Part shown: piece by piece, positions 35,101 to 47,100 of the stretch
Position numbering within the stretch: position 1 is the stretch's first letter
Layout of the letters: every line of letters begins with the position of its first letter
Origin: Candidatus Poriferihabitaceae bacterium
GTDB lineage: Bacteria > Pseudomonadota > Gammaproteobacteria > Arenicellales > Poriferihabitantaceae
Reading direction: 5' to 3'
Length of the DNA: 64,000 nucleotides
Assembly: GCA_965206445.1 (NCBI GenBank)
Contig: CBDBJR010000002.1
Coordinates: forward strand, 2,417,469-2,481,468
Notes under the pieces: generated by a model
Told to the model about the DNA's origin: nothing
Seen by the model: the letters and a program-made list of their open reading frames with translations, nothing else
Database searches by the model: none
Made by a program: the position numbers and the translations under genes

Positions 35101-38100
35101 TCCAGCACCTGCAACGCCACCAGGCCGGCAAAAATGTCGCTCGGCAGCGCGGTGGCAAACGGGTTGTTGCTCAAATCCAACGACGTCAGCGCGGACAAGC
35201 CGGCAAAATCACCGCGTTGCAGCGCCGTGATGCTCTGCCCATCCAGATCCAGGCGGCCCGTAATCGAACCCGGATCAGCCACACTGGTGCAGTCGGTCGC
35301 CGCCGCGGCGGCGACAATCGCATCCCGCACCGCCGGCGTGCGGCCGCAGATATTGCTGCCGACGCTGGCGGTAATCGCCACACTGCCGGCGGCCAGGTCG
35401 GCGGTGCCGCTGTGCCCGGAGGCCAGCAGCGCCACACGCAGCTGGCCGGCGGCGGTAATGTCGCCGCCGTCATGCGCCAGTGTCAGCGTCGCCACGCTGG
35501 CGCTGTCGCGCGCGACCCCGGTCACGCGCACCGTCCCGGCCACGTCATCGGCGAGCAGGAAATCCGCCTCGGTCAGCTCGTCGGCGGCCACATAATCGGT
35601 ATTTTGCAGCGTCACCGTCGCCCGCGTGCCGGCAACCAGATTGGCCTCGGTCAGCGTACCGGTCAGCGTCGCCCTCGCCGCGCTCGCCGCCGGGCGGGTC
35701 ACGGTCACCGTGTAGGTGCCGGCGGTGCCGCCGCCGGCGGCGGTCACCACAATCGAAATCGCCGTCTCGGCGCCCGCCGGCAGCGTAATCGGCGCACTCG
35801 GGCTGCCGCCGGCCACCAGCGCGCCGTTCACGCCAATGGTCGCTCTGGTCTGGCTGGCCACCGGCGTCACCGTCACGCTGGCGACCGGGCTGGCCACGAC
35901 GACCGTATAGGCGTCGGTGTCCGGGTCGAACGGCGGGGTCAGAATGCCGACGGAAATCGTCAACTCGCCCAGCAGCGCGCGGAAAGCGGCCAACTGCGCC
36001 GCGGTGACGCGCAGGCAGTCGGTGACGCCGGCGGCGGCGACAATGGCCGCGAAGTCGGCCCGCGGGCAGACAAAATGGGCGTCACGGACGTCGTCGTCAA
36101 CCGCGAAATAGGCGCCCACCCCGGGGGCGGCCACAATGCCGCCCAGACTATCGAGCACCGGGTCAAACACCCCGACCGGCAGCCCGCTGCCCGAGGCGAA
36201 ATTATTGCCGCTCAGATCCAGCGTGGTCAGACTCGACAGATCGCTAAAAACCCCGGCCTCGAGCACGGTCAGGCCGTTGCTCATGGGGCTGTTGTTCAAA
36301 AACAACTGCTCGAGCGTCGACAGCCCGGCAAACACCCCGCTCGGCAGGGTCGTGAACCCGCCCTCGCCCAGCGCCAGATTGGTCAACGGCAGCCCGGCAA
36401 ACAGATTGGCCGGCAGCGTGGCCAGGGGGTTGCCACTCAACCCCAGATTGGTCAGCGCCGACAGGCCGGCAAAAATGTCGGCCGGCAGCGCGGTCAAATC
36501 ATTGTCCCGCAGATTCAACCTCGCCAGCGCCGACAGGCCGGCAAAATCACCGGGTTGCAGCGCCGTGATGCGTTGCCCATTCAACATCAACCGGTCGATC
36601 AATTGCAGCCCCGCCGCCGGCACACTGGTGCAATCGTCCGGGGTCGGGTCGAGCGCCGCCAGAATCGCCGTCCGCACCACCGGCGTGCGGCGACAGATAT
36701 TCACCCCGGTGCTGGCGGTAATCGGCACACTGCCGGCATCCAGATCGAGCGCGTCTTCGGCGGTGTGCCCGGCGGCCAGCACGGTCAGCTGCAGCTGGCC
36801 GTTGGTGGTCACGTCGGACACGCTGGTGGTCAGCGTCAGCGTGGCGACGGTGTCGCTGTCGCGGCTGACGTTGGTGATCATCAGCTCGCCCACGGACGCC
36901 GACAGCCGGAAGTCGCTCGCATTGAGGTCGGCCACCGGCGCGTATTCGGTGTTGAGCAACGTCACCGTCACCGTCGGCGGCTCGGCGAACAACGCGGCCT
37001 CGGTCAGGCTGCCGGCCAGCGTCGCCGCCGGCGCCTCGGTGGCGACCACGCGGACGGTCACCTCAGCCGAATCCGCGTTGCCGTCATTGACTACCAGCCC
37101 GATGATGTAGGCGCGCTCCATCATCGGCAGCGTGAAGCGCAATTCCGCCTCGTCGGTCGTGTCCAGCGTCACCGGCGGGACGGCGTTGCGCACCACCCGC
37201 CAGCGGTAGGCGGCGATGGCGTCGCCATCCGGGTCGGTGCTGAGACCGCCGTTCAACACCACCGTGCCGCCGAAGTCCACCCGCAGCGTCGGCGCCTGCT
37301 CGATCCGCGCCTGCGGAGCGCGGTTGACGGCGACCGGAATCGACAGCGTCGTGCGCGACGGGCTGCCCGGCGCATCGGTCGCATCGGCCGCCGTCGCCAG
37401 TATGGTCGTGCTGCCAACCGCCACCGCGGTGATGGTGACCACGCTGCCGGCCAGCGTGGCGGTGGCGATGGCCGGGTCAGCCGACACCACCGTGTAGGTC
37501 AGGACATCGTCTTCCGGGTCGTCGAACCGGGTCACGACGTCAACCGTCACCGGCGTGCGCCCCAGCGTCACCGTCTGCCGCGCGACGCTGCCCAGCGTCA
37601 CCGGCGGCTCGTTGACACCGGTGACGGTGACGCTAACCGTCGCGGTCGCCATGACCGTCGTCGGGCCGGCGGTCGCGGCCAGTTGCAGCGTCAGCGTGTA
37701 GCCCCGCGACGACGGCGACAACACCGGCGCGGTCTCGAAATCGATCGGCGCGGCGACCGTCAGCTGACCGCTGTCCGGGTCGATCGCAAACCGCCCGGCG
37801 GCGTTGCCGGCGGTGATCGTCCACACCCGGCCAGCCTCCGGGAACCGGCTCGGCGTCAGCGGCACACCGACCTCGGTGTCGAGCGCGGTGTTTTCGGCCA
37901 GCGTGAAGGCCGTCAGCGCCGGCAGCGTCGGCGTCGGCGCCGGCGCGACGGTCACGGCAAACGTCTGCGTCGCCCGCGACGGCGCCTCGGGGGTGTTGGA
38001 CGGGTCCGTCGCGGTCACCGTCACCGTGGTCGTGCCGGCCGCCACGGCGGTAATCGTGACCACACTGCCGGTCACCTCGGCGGTGGCGATGGCCGGGTCA

Positions 38101-41100
38101 GCCGCGGTGGCGGCATACCGCAACGGCGCCCCCTCCGGGTCGCTGAAACCGGCGGCGACGTCCACGGCGACCGGCGGCAGGCCCAGCGTCACCGTCGGCG
38201 CCGCGAGCACCTCGGCCACGACCGGCGGCTCGTTGACATCGTCGACCGTCACCGTGACCCTGGTCGACGACGTGACGGTGCCGGACGCCAGCGTCACCGT
38301 CAGCGTCACGGTCAGCGTATAGCTCGGCGTGTGCTCGAAATCGAGCGGCGCAATCAACCGCAACTGACCGTCGGCCGCGCCGACCGCAAACACCGTCCGC
38401 GGGCTGCCGTCGGCGGTGTTGTCGTCGGTATGACCGGCGGTGATGCGCCAGGCCGACGACACCCCGGTCGGGAAACCGTCCGGCGGCGTCAGCGGCTCGC
38501 CGACCAGGGTCTCGAGCTCGGTGTCTTCGGGCAGCGCCACCGCCCCCGTCGGCGACGGCACGACGGTGACGTCAAACACCTGACGCGCCCGCGACGGGCG
38601 GCCCACGCTATCGGACGGGTCGGCCGCGTCCACGCTCAACGTCGCCGTGCCGGGCGCCGCCGGGCGGATGGTCAGCAGGTCGCCCACCAGGTCGGCCTCA
38701 ACCGACCCGGCACCCGCCAGCGCCAGCGCCAGCGTCCAGGTCAGGGCTTCGCCTTCCGGGTCGCTGAAGTAATCGGTGAGGTCGAACATCACCGGCGGCA
38801 GCCGGCCGACCGTGATTATCTGCGCCGCAATCACCGCATCCACGGCCGGCGGCTCGTTGACCGCCTCGACCGTGATGGTGACCTCGGCCTCGGCCATTAT
38901 CGCGCCGACCGCCAGCCGCACCGTCAGCGTATAGCGCGGCGTGTGCTCGAAATCGAGCGGCTCAATCAACGCCAGCTGGCCGTCGGTCACGCCGATCTCA
39001 AACACCACCCGCGGGCTGCCGTCGGCGGTGTTGTCGTCGGTGTGGCCGCCGATGATGCTCCAGACCGGCGCCCCGGACGGGAAATCGCTCGCCGTCAGCG
39101 GCACGCCGACCGGGCGGTTGTCGGGCGTGTTTTCCGGCAGCATGACCGTCAGCGGCGCCAACGACGGCGGCGGCCCGACGGTCACGTCAATCGTCTGCTC
39201 CGCCCGCGACGGGTTGTCGGCGGTATCAAACCGGTCGGTCGCGGTCACCCTGATCATCGTGCCGCCCTCCGCCACCCCGGTGATGACGACCACATTGTCC
39301 GTCACCGCGACCGTGGCCACGGTCGTATCGTCACTGGTCGCCCGGTAGGTCAGCAGATCGCCTTCCGGGTCGCTGAAGCCGGTGGTGGCGTCCACCGTGA
39401 CGCTCGCCCCGACCACCACCGGCGGCGACGCGATGCTGCCGTCCGCGATCGGCGGCGCATTGGCGATGATGGTCACACTAAAGCGCACCCGGGCGGTGCC
39501 GACGGTGTCGGTCGCGCTGTAGGTCAGCATCACCGCCGCGCCGATGGTGGTCGGCGACCCGCTCAGCAGCGGCGGCTCGGCGGCGGGGTCAAACACCAGC
39601 CCGGGCGGCAGCGCACCGGTCAGCGTGTAGCTGATGCTGCCGCCGGTCGCCGCCGGCAGCGTCAGCGGCGGGATCGCCGCGCCGGCGCGATAGATCTGAT
39701 CCGCCGGTGCGGGCAACACCGGCCCGCCGACGGTCACCGTAAAGCGCACGCTGGCCATGCCGGTCACGTCGGCGCCGTCGCGCTCGGTCGCGCTGTAGGT
39801 CAGCGTCACCGCCGCGCCGCGGGTCGGCGTGCCGGACAGCCGCAGGCTGGCCGGCGTAAACGTCAGCCCCGGCAACACACTCGCCAGCGCCGCGCCATCC
39901 GACCCGGTCAGCGTGTAGGCCACCGTGCCGGTGGTGCCGCTGGCGGTCGGCAACACCAGCGGCGGGTTGAGCGCCACGCCGGCCGACAGCAGCCGATCGG
40001 GCAGGGCCGCCGGCAGCCGCGGGCCGCTGACGGCGACCGCAAAATGCACCGTGGCGGTACTGACGTCGTCGGTGGCGGTGTAGGTCAGCAGCATCGACGC
40101 GGCGCCGGTGCGCGGCGTGCCGGACAGCGTGCGGCTATCCGCCGCGCGGTTAAAGCGCAGCCCCGGAAAGGCCGACCCCAGCGCCACCCGGCGCGGCGCA
40201 ACCAGCGCATAGACCACCGTGCCGGTGGTGCCGCTGGCCGCCGGCAGCGTCAGCTCGGCGAGGGCGCTGCCGGCCATCAGGCTCAGATCAGCCGGCGCGG
40301 TCAGCTGCGGCCCGACCACGACGACGGCAAACGTGGCGGTCGCACTGCTGCCGCCGTCGGTGACGCCGTAGGTCAGCCTCACCGGCGCGCCGCCGGTGCC
40401 GACCAGCGGCGTGCCGGACAGCGTGCGCCGGTCGGCCGCGGGGTCAAACGTCAGCCCCGGCAGCGCGCTCAAATCCACCCCGTTCGGCCCGGTCAGCGTA
40501 TAGGTCAGGGCCTCGGTGATGTCGCTCGCCGCCGGCAACTGCAACGGCGTGATGGCGCTGCTGATCCGGTACGTCAGCGCCGCCTCCGGCGCCGTCAGGC
40601 CGAGGCCGGTCACCGCCACCGCAAAGGCGGTGGTCGCGCTGCCGGCGGTGTCGGTGACGCGGTAGGTCAGCATGACCTCGGCGACCGTGGTCGGGGCGCC
40701 GGTCAGCCGGCCGGTGGCGGCGTCCAGCGTCAGCCCGGGCACGGCCTGCGCCAGCGCCAGGCCGTCCGGCCCGGTCAGGCCATAGGTCAACGCGCCGTCG
40801 CTGCTGGTGGGCGGCGGCAGCGTCTCGTCAACCAGGCCGCCGCGCAGATAGCTGCGCATCATCAGCGTCGGCAGCTGCGGGCCGGTGACGGTCACCGGAA
40901 ACGCCACGCGGGCGGTGCCGAGGGCGTCGCCGGTGGCCGTCTCGGTGATGCTATAGGTCAGCATGACCGCGGCGGCGGCACTGAGCGGCGTGCCGGTCAG
41001 CCTGCGCGTGGCGGCGTCAAACGTCAGCCCCGGCACCGCCTCCGCCAGCGGCATGCCGCCCGGCCCGGTCAGCGTGCGGGTGCCGCCGAAGCCGAAGGTA

Positions 41101-44100
41101 CCGCGATTGGGGCGAATCAGCGACCCGAGCGGCAACTCCAGCGCGCTGATCGCCACGCCGGCCGGGTAACGCTGCGCCGCCGGCTGGGTCAGCAGCGGGC
41201 CGATGATCAGCAGCTCAAAGCTCTCCCGGATGACCGCCGTGGCGACCCCCAGGTCGTCGCGCTGGGTGACCACGTAGGTCACCGTGTCGGCCACCCCGTC
41301 CTGGAGGGCGACGGCATTGCGCGGCGTGCCGGACAGCGTGCGCCGGTCGGCGTCAAACGTCAGCCCCGGTACCGCCAGCCCGGTCAGTGCGTAGGTCGCC
41401 GTGCCGACCACCTCGGCCTGCGGCAGCCGCAGCGGCGCGATCCGGCTGCCGACCGCATAGACCTGATCGACCAGCAGCGGCAGCGACGGCCCGATAACCG
41501 CAACCGTAAAGGTGACGCGGGCGGTAGCGACGGTGTCGCGCGCGGTGTAGGTCAGCCGCACCGGCGCGGCGATGGCGGGCGGCGTGCCGGTCAGCCGGCG
41601 TTCGGCGGCGGCGGGGTCAAACGTCAGCCCCGGCAGCTGGCTCAAATCGGTGCCGTTCGGGCCGATCAGGCGGTAGACCACCGTGCCGATCGCGCCGCGC
41701 GCCGCCGGCAGTTGCTGATCGGCCGCGACGCCAGACGACAGGCGCAGATCGGCGGGCGCCGTCAGCGTCGGCCCGGCGGCGATGGTGGTGATGTCAAAGC
41801 TGACCCGGGCGCTGCTGTTGTCGTCGGTGGCGGTGTAGGTCAGCGTCACGCTGCCGGTGGCGAGCGGCGTGCCGGTCAGCACGCGGGCGTCGGCGGCGGG
41901 CGCAAACGTCAGCCCCGGCAGCGCGCTCAAATCGGTGCCATTCGGGCCGGTCAGCGTGTAGCTCACCGGGCCGTCGGTGTCACGCGCCGCCGGCAGCGTC
42001 AGCGGGGTGATGGCGCTGGTGACCACATAGCTCTGATTGGGCAGCGGCGGCAGCCGCGGCCCGGTCAGGGTGACGTCAAAGAACACCGTGCTGTGAACGG
42101 AGGTGCGGGAGACCGCGTAGCGCAGTGTGACCGTGTCGCCGGAGTTGCCGGTCGGCGTACCGGACAGGATGCGTTCGGTGGCGTCAAACGTCAGCCCCGG
42201 CACCACGCTCCCCACCGCTTCGTCGTCCGGCCCGCGCAACTGGTAGAATAGTGGCAGGGCGCTGTCGGGGTCGGGGTCGACGTTCGACGGCATCGGCAGC
42301 GTCAGCGGGGTGATGGCGCGCCCGATGGCAAAGCGCTGCGCGGGCACCGGCGGCAGCTGCAACGACGCGGTGACGGTCAACGAAAACACCACGCTGACGA
42401 TGCTGTCGCGGTCGCCGACGGTGTAGCGCAGCATCACCGGGTCGGTGGGGTTGATCGTGCTACCGGACAGCACGAGGCTGTCCGGCGCAAACGTCAGCCC
42501 GGGCACGAGCGCGGCCAGCGGCTCGCCGTTCAGCCCGGTCAGCTCGTAATACACGCTGCCAACGGTGTTGGTGGCCGCCGGCAGCGTCACAGAGATCGTG
42601 CCGCCGCCGGAGACATAACGCTGATCCGCCGGCGTCGGCAGCCGCGGGCCGCTGATGAAGACGGTAAAGGTGGTGCTGGCGAAGCCATCAAAGCGGTCAA
42701 CCGCAAGGTAGGTCAGCGTCACCGGGTCGGCGGCAATGGTCGGCGTGCCGAACAGCGTGCGGCTGGCCGGGTCAAACGTCAGCCCCGGCAGCTGGGTCAA
42801 ATCCTGGCGGTTCGGCCCGACCAGCGAGTAGACCGGGGGCGTCTCGATGCCGGCGCGGGTCGCCTCCGGCAGCGTCAGCGGCGGGGCGACGGCGTTGACC
42901 GCATAGGTAAGGCTCGCCCCCCCAATCATCTCGTCCAGCCTCAGCTCGGCGATGCCGACGCTGACCGCAAAGATCGCGCTGGCGCTGCTGACGTTGTCGG
43001 TCGCGGTGTAGGTCAGCATCACCTCGGCGGCGGCGGTCGGGGTGCCGGTCAACCGGCGCTCGGCGGCGTCAAACGTCAGCCCCGGCAGCACCGCCGCCAG
43101 CGCCACCGGGTTGCCGTCGGCGGCGGCCGGGCCGGTCAGCGTATAGGCGATCGCGCCGGTGGCGTCGGTGGCCGACGGCAGCGTCAGCGGCGGTATGGTG
43201 TCGCCGACCTCAAAGGCCTGCGCGACCGGCGCGGACACCTGCAACCCGACCACCGTCACCGCAAAGCGCGTCGTGACGGTGCCGACCGTGTCGGCGACGG
43301 TGTAGGTCAGCATCTGCGCCGCGGCGACCGTGGTCGGCATGCCGGACAGCGTGCGCGTAGCCGGCGCAAACGTCAGCCCCGGCACCACCTCCGCCAGCGG
43401 CGCGCCGTCCGCGCCGGTCAGCGTATAGGTAGTCGCGCCGATGGTGTCGGCCTGCGGCAGATTCAGCGTCAGCGCCTGACCGACCGGCAGATCCTGCTCC
43501 CCCGGCGTGCTCCTGAACCGCGGCCCGACCACCGTCACCGCAAACTGCCGTGTGGTGGTGCCGACGCGGTCGGTGGCGCTGTAGGTCAGCAACACCGGGG
43601 CGTCAACGTCGGTGAGGCGGACCGGGGTGCCGCTCAGCCGACGCTCGGCGGCGGCAAACGTCAGCCCCGGCAGCGCCGCCGCCAGTGCCACCGGGTTGCC
43701 GTCGTCGTCGCCCGGCGGGGTCAGCGTATAGGCGGTGTCGCCGCTGGTGGCGGTGGCCGACGGCAGCGGCGCGACCGCGCTCGCCCGACCGGCCGACAGG
43801 CGCAGATCGGGCAGCACCGCCGGCAGCCGCGGCCCGCTGACGGCAATGGTAAAGCGCGCCGTGGCGATGACGCGGGTATCATCGGCGGCGGAGTAGGTCA
43901 TCGTCATCGGCGCCGTGGCGGTGGTCGGCCGACCGGACAGCATGCGCGCCGCGGCATCAAACGTCAGCCCCGGCACGGCGCGCGACAGCGGCGCGTTTTC
44001 CGGCCCGACCAGCCGGTAGACCACCGGGCCGACCTCGGCGTTCACTGCCGACAGCGTCAGGTCGGGGATCGGCAGGTCGAGCGGATAGCGCTGATTGACC

Positions 44101-47100
44101 GGCCCGACCAGCCGCGGCCCGGTGATTGCGATCCGGAAGTGGCGGCTCGCGGTGCCGTCGGCGTCGGTCGCCGTATAGGTCAGCTCGGTCGCGTCGGTGA
44201 CGCGCGTCGGCGTGCCGGACAGCCGCAGGTTGACCGGGTTGAACACCAGCCCGGCCGGCAGATCGCTGTCGTCCGGGCCGCGCAGGGTAGTGGTGGTCGG
44301 GCCGTTGGCCTGGGTCACCTCCGGCAGTTGCCGGCTGACCACGCGGTTGATCGGATAACTCTGGTCGGCCACCGTCGGCAGCCGCGGCCCGGGCAGTGCC
44401 AGCTCAAACAACTCGGTGGCCACGCCGACGTCGTCCGCGGCGGTGTAGGTCAGCGCAATCCGGTCGCCCATGGTCGGCGTGCCGGACAGCACCCGCGCAT
44501 CCGGGTCAAACGTCAGCCGCGGCGGCAGCCCGACGGGGGTCAGCGTGTAGGTGGCCGCGCCGGTGGTGTCGCCGGCCGCCGGCAGCGTCAGGGACAGCGG
44601 CGCACCGGCGGCGAAGCGCTGGTTGGCGATGGCCGTCAGCCGTGGCCCGTTGACGGTCACGGAAAAGGACACCGAGACGGTGCGCTCGGCGGCGGTGAAC
44701 GCGTCCGCCGGCCCGGCGGGATTGGTCGCGTTGTAGGTCAGCAGCACCGCCTGGGCAGTGCGCCGCAGCGTGCCGGACAGCACCCGGTTATCCGGGTCAA
44801 ACGTCAACCCCGGCAGCGCCGCCGCCAGCACCACCGGGTTGCCGGTGGCGTCGGCCGGGCCGGTCAGCGTATAGATCGGCGCGCTCATGCCGGTCGCCGC
44901 CGGCAGCGTCAGCGGCGGGATCGGGACACCGACCGTATAGACATAGCGCAGCTCATCCGGTGCGCTCAACTGTGGCCCGGCGAGGCTGACGGTGATCGTC
45001 AAGGGCGTCGTGGCGAAGCCGACCGGATCGGCGACCGAATAGATCAACGACCGCATACCGCTGTCGGTGGAGGGGAGCAGAGTACCGGACAGGATGAGCG
45101 TGGCCGGGTCAAACACCAGCCCCGGTAACACCGCGGCCAGGCTCCGGTCGTTCGTCCCGGTCAGCGTGTAGGTGGTCGGGCCGATCAGGCCGGTGGCTAT
45201 CGGCAGCGTCAGTTCGACCGGGACGCCGACCGTATAGAACTGATTGACCAGCGGGGTCAGACGCGGGCCGGTGACGGTGAGGTCAAAGGTGGCGGTGGAG
45301 TCAAAGGTGGTGGTGAAGACGATCATATCCATGCCGTCGTCAGACTGCCGGGTGATGTCGTCAGACTGGGTGATGCGGTAGGTCAACGTCAGCGGGCCGT
45401 CGGTGGGGTTGACCGGGGTACCGGACAGGGCGCGGGAGCGCGGGTCAAACGTCAGCCCCGGCACCGCGGTCGCCAGATCGGTGCCGTCCGGGGCGGTCAG
45501 CGTGTAGGTCGCTCCGCCGTCATCGGACCGAGCCGGCGGCAGAATCAGGAGCGGGATCGACCGGCTGTTCGGGTAGCTGCGGTCGGCCAGCGGCTCCAGC
45601 ACCGGCCCGGTGACGACCAGGTCAACCGCGACCGTGGTGCTGCCGACGGTGTCGGTGGCGGTGTAGCTCAGCGTCACCCGGTCGACGCGGGTCGGCACGC
45701 CGGACAGCACCCGGGTGGCCGGATCAAACCGCAGCCCCGGCACCGCCGCCGCCAACGGCTGGTCGTCCGGGCCGGTCAGCGTGTAGTCCACCGCGCCGAC
45801 GCTGCCGGTGGCCAGCGGCAGGGTCAGCGGCGCGAGCGCCAGACCGACCGCATAGTCGCCGTCAAACAGCGGTGCGGTCAGACTCGGCCCGGCGGCGGCC
45901 ACCACCACGTCAAAGGTGACCGCGTGGGTGGAGTCCCGTGTGATGCCGAAGATGCGGTCGTTGAAGACGCTGGCCGCCGTATAGGTCAGCGTGGACACCC
46001 CCGCGTCGGTCGGCGTGCCGGACAGCGTGCGCGTCGCCGCGGTAAACGCCAGCCCGGTGGGCAGCGCGCCGGTCAACGTGTAGGTTAGCGGGCCGCCGCT
46101 GGTGAAGAAACCCGGGCTCTCCACCACCACGGCATCCGGCAGCACCACGGGGTCGATCGCCTGATTGACGGGATAGACCTGGGTCGCCGGCACGCGCAAA
46201 GACGGCCCCGCAACCCGGACTAACCGAAATCTCGAGTCGCTGCCGGCTTCGTCGGTGGCGGTGTAGCGCAGCCGGCTGACACCGGGGGTGGTCGGGGTGC
46301 CGGTCGCCCCGTTGCCGGTAAAGGTCAGGCCGGGCACCAGCACCTCCGGCGGCTCGCCGTGCTGCCCGGTCGTGGTGTAGGTGATGGTGCCGGTGTTGGT
46401 GCGGCTGTTGACGCCACCCAGGACCAACAATACCCTCACGCCGACAAGGAGGTTTAGATCCGGTGGCACAGGCAGCTGCGGCCCCCGGAGATTCAGGGTT
46501 ACTGTGGTCTGAATGGCGTCAATAATTACATCGTCAACCCGCTCGGTGATGCCATAGGCATGTGTGCTGCGCGCCAGTGGCGTGCGGACCGTGGGGGACG
46601 GCGGTCTGCTGACTGGCGTACCGAACAGCGTGCGGCTGGCGGCATCGAACGCCAGCCCCGCGGGCAAGCTGCCGCTTAGCGCGTAGGTGATATTGTCCTC
46701 CACCGGCAGGCTGCCGCGGAAGGCCGTCGGCAGTGGCGTGGGGGGCAACGGTTGGCCGAACGCAATGTCCAGCACCAGGTCGCCCGGCGGCTCCAGCCGC
46801 AACGCGGACGGGGTGGGCGGGATGGGCGGGGTGAAGACCAGGCCAAACGACACGCCGATGGTGCTGACCTCGTCGCTGACGCGGTAGGTCAGCAGCACCG
46901 CGTCGGGAAACGTCGGCACCAGCGGCGTGCCGGACAGCACGCGGGTCACCGGGTCGAACCGCAGCCCCGGCGCCACGGCCGCCAGGTCAACGCCGTTGGC
47001 GCCGGTCAGCGCATAAGTGGTGTCGCCGGTGGTGGCGGTGGCCGCCGGCAGCGGCAGCGGGGGGATCGGGGCGCCGGCGGGATAGCTGAAATCCGGCAGC

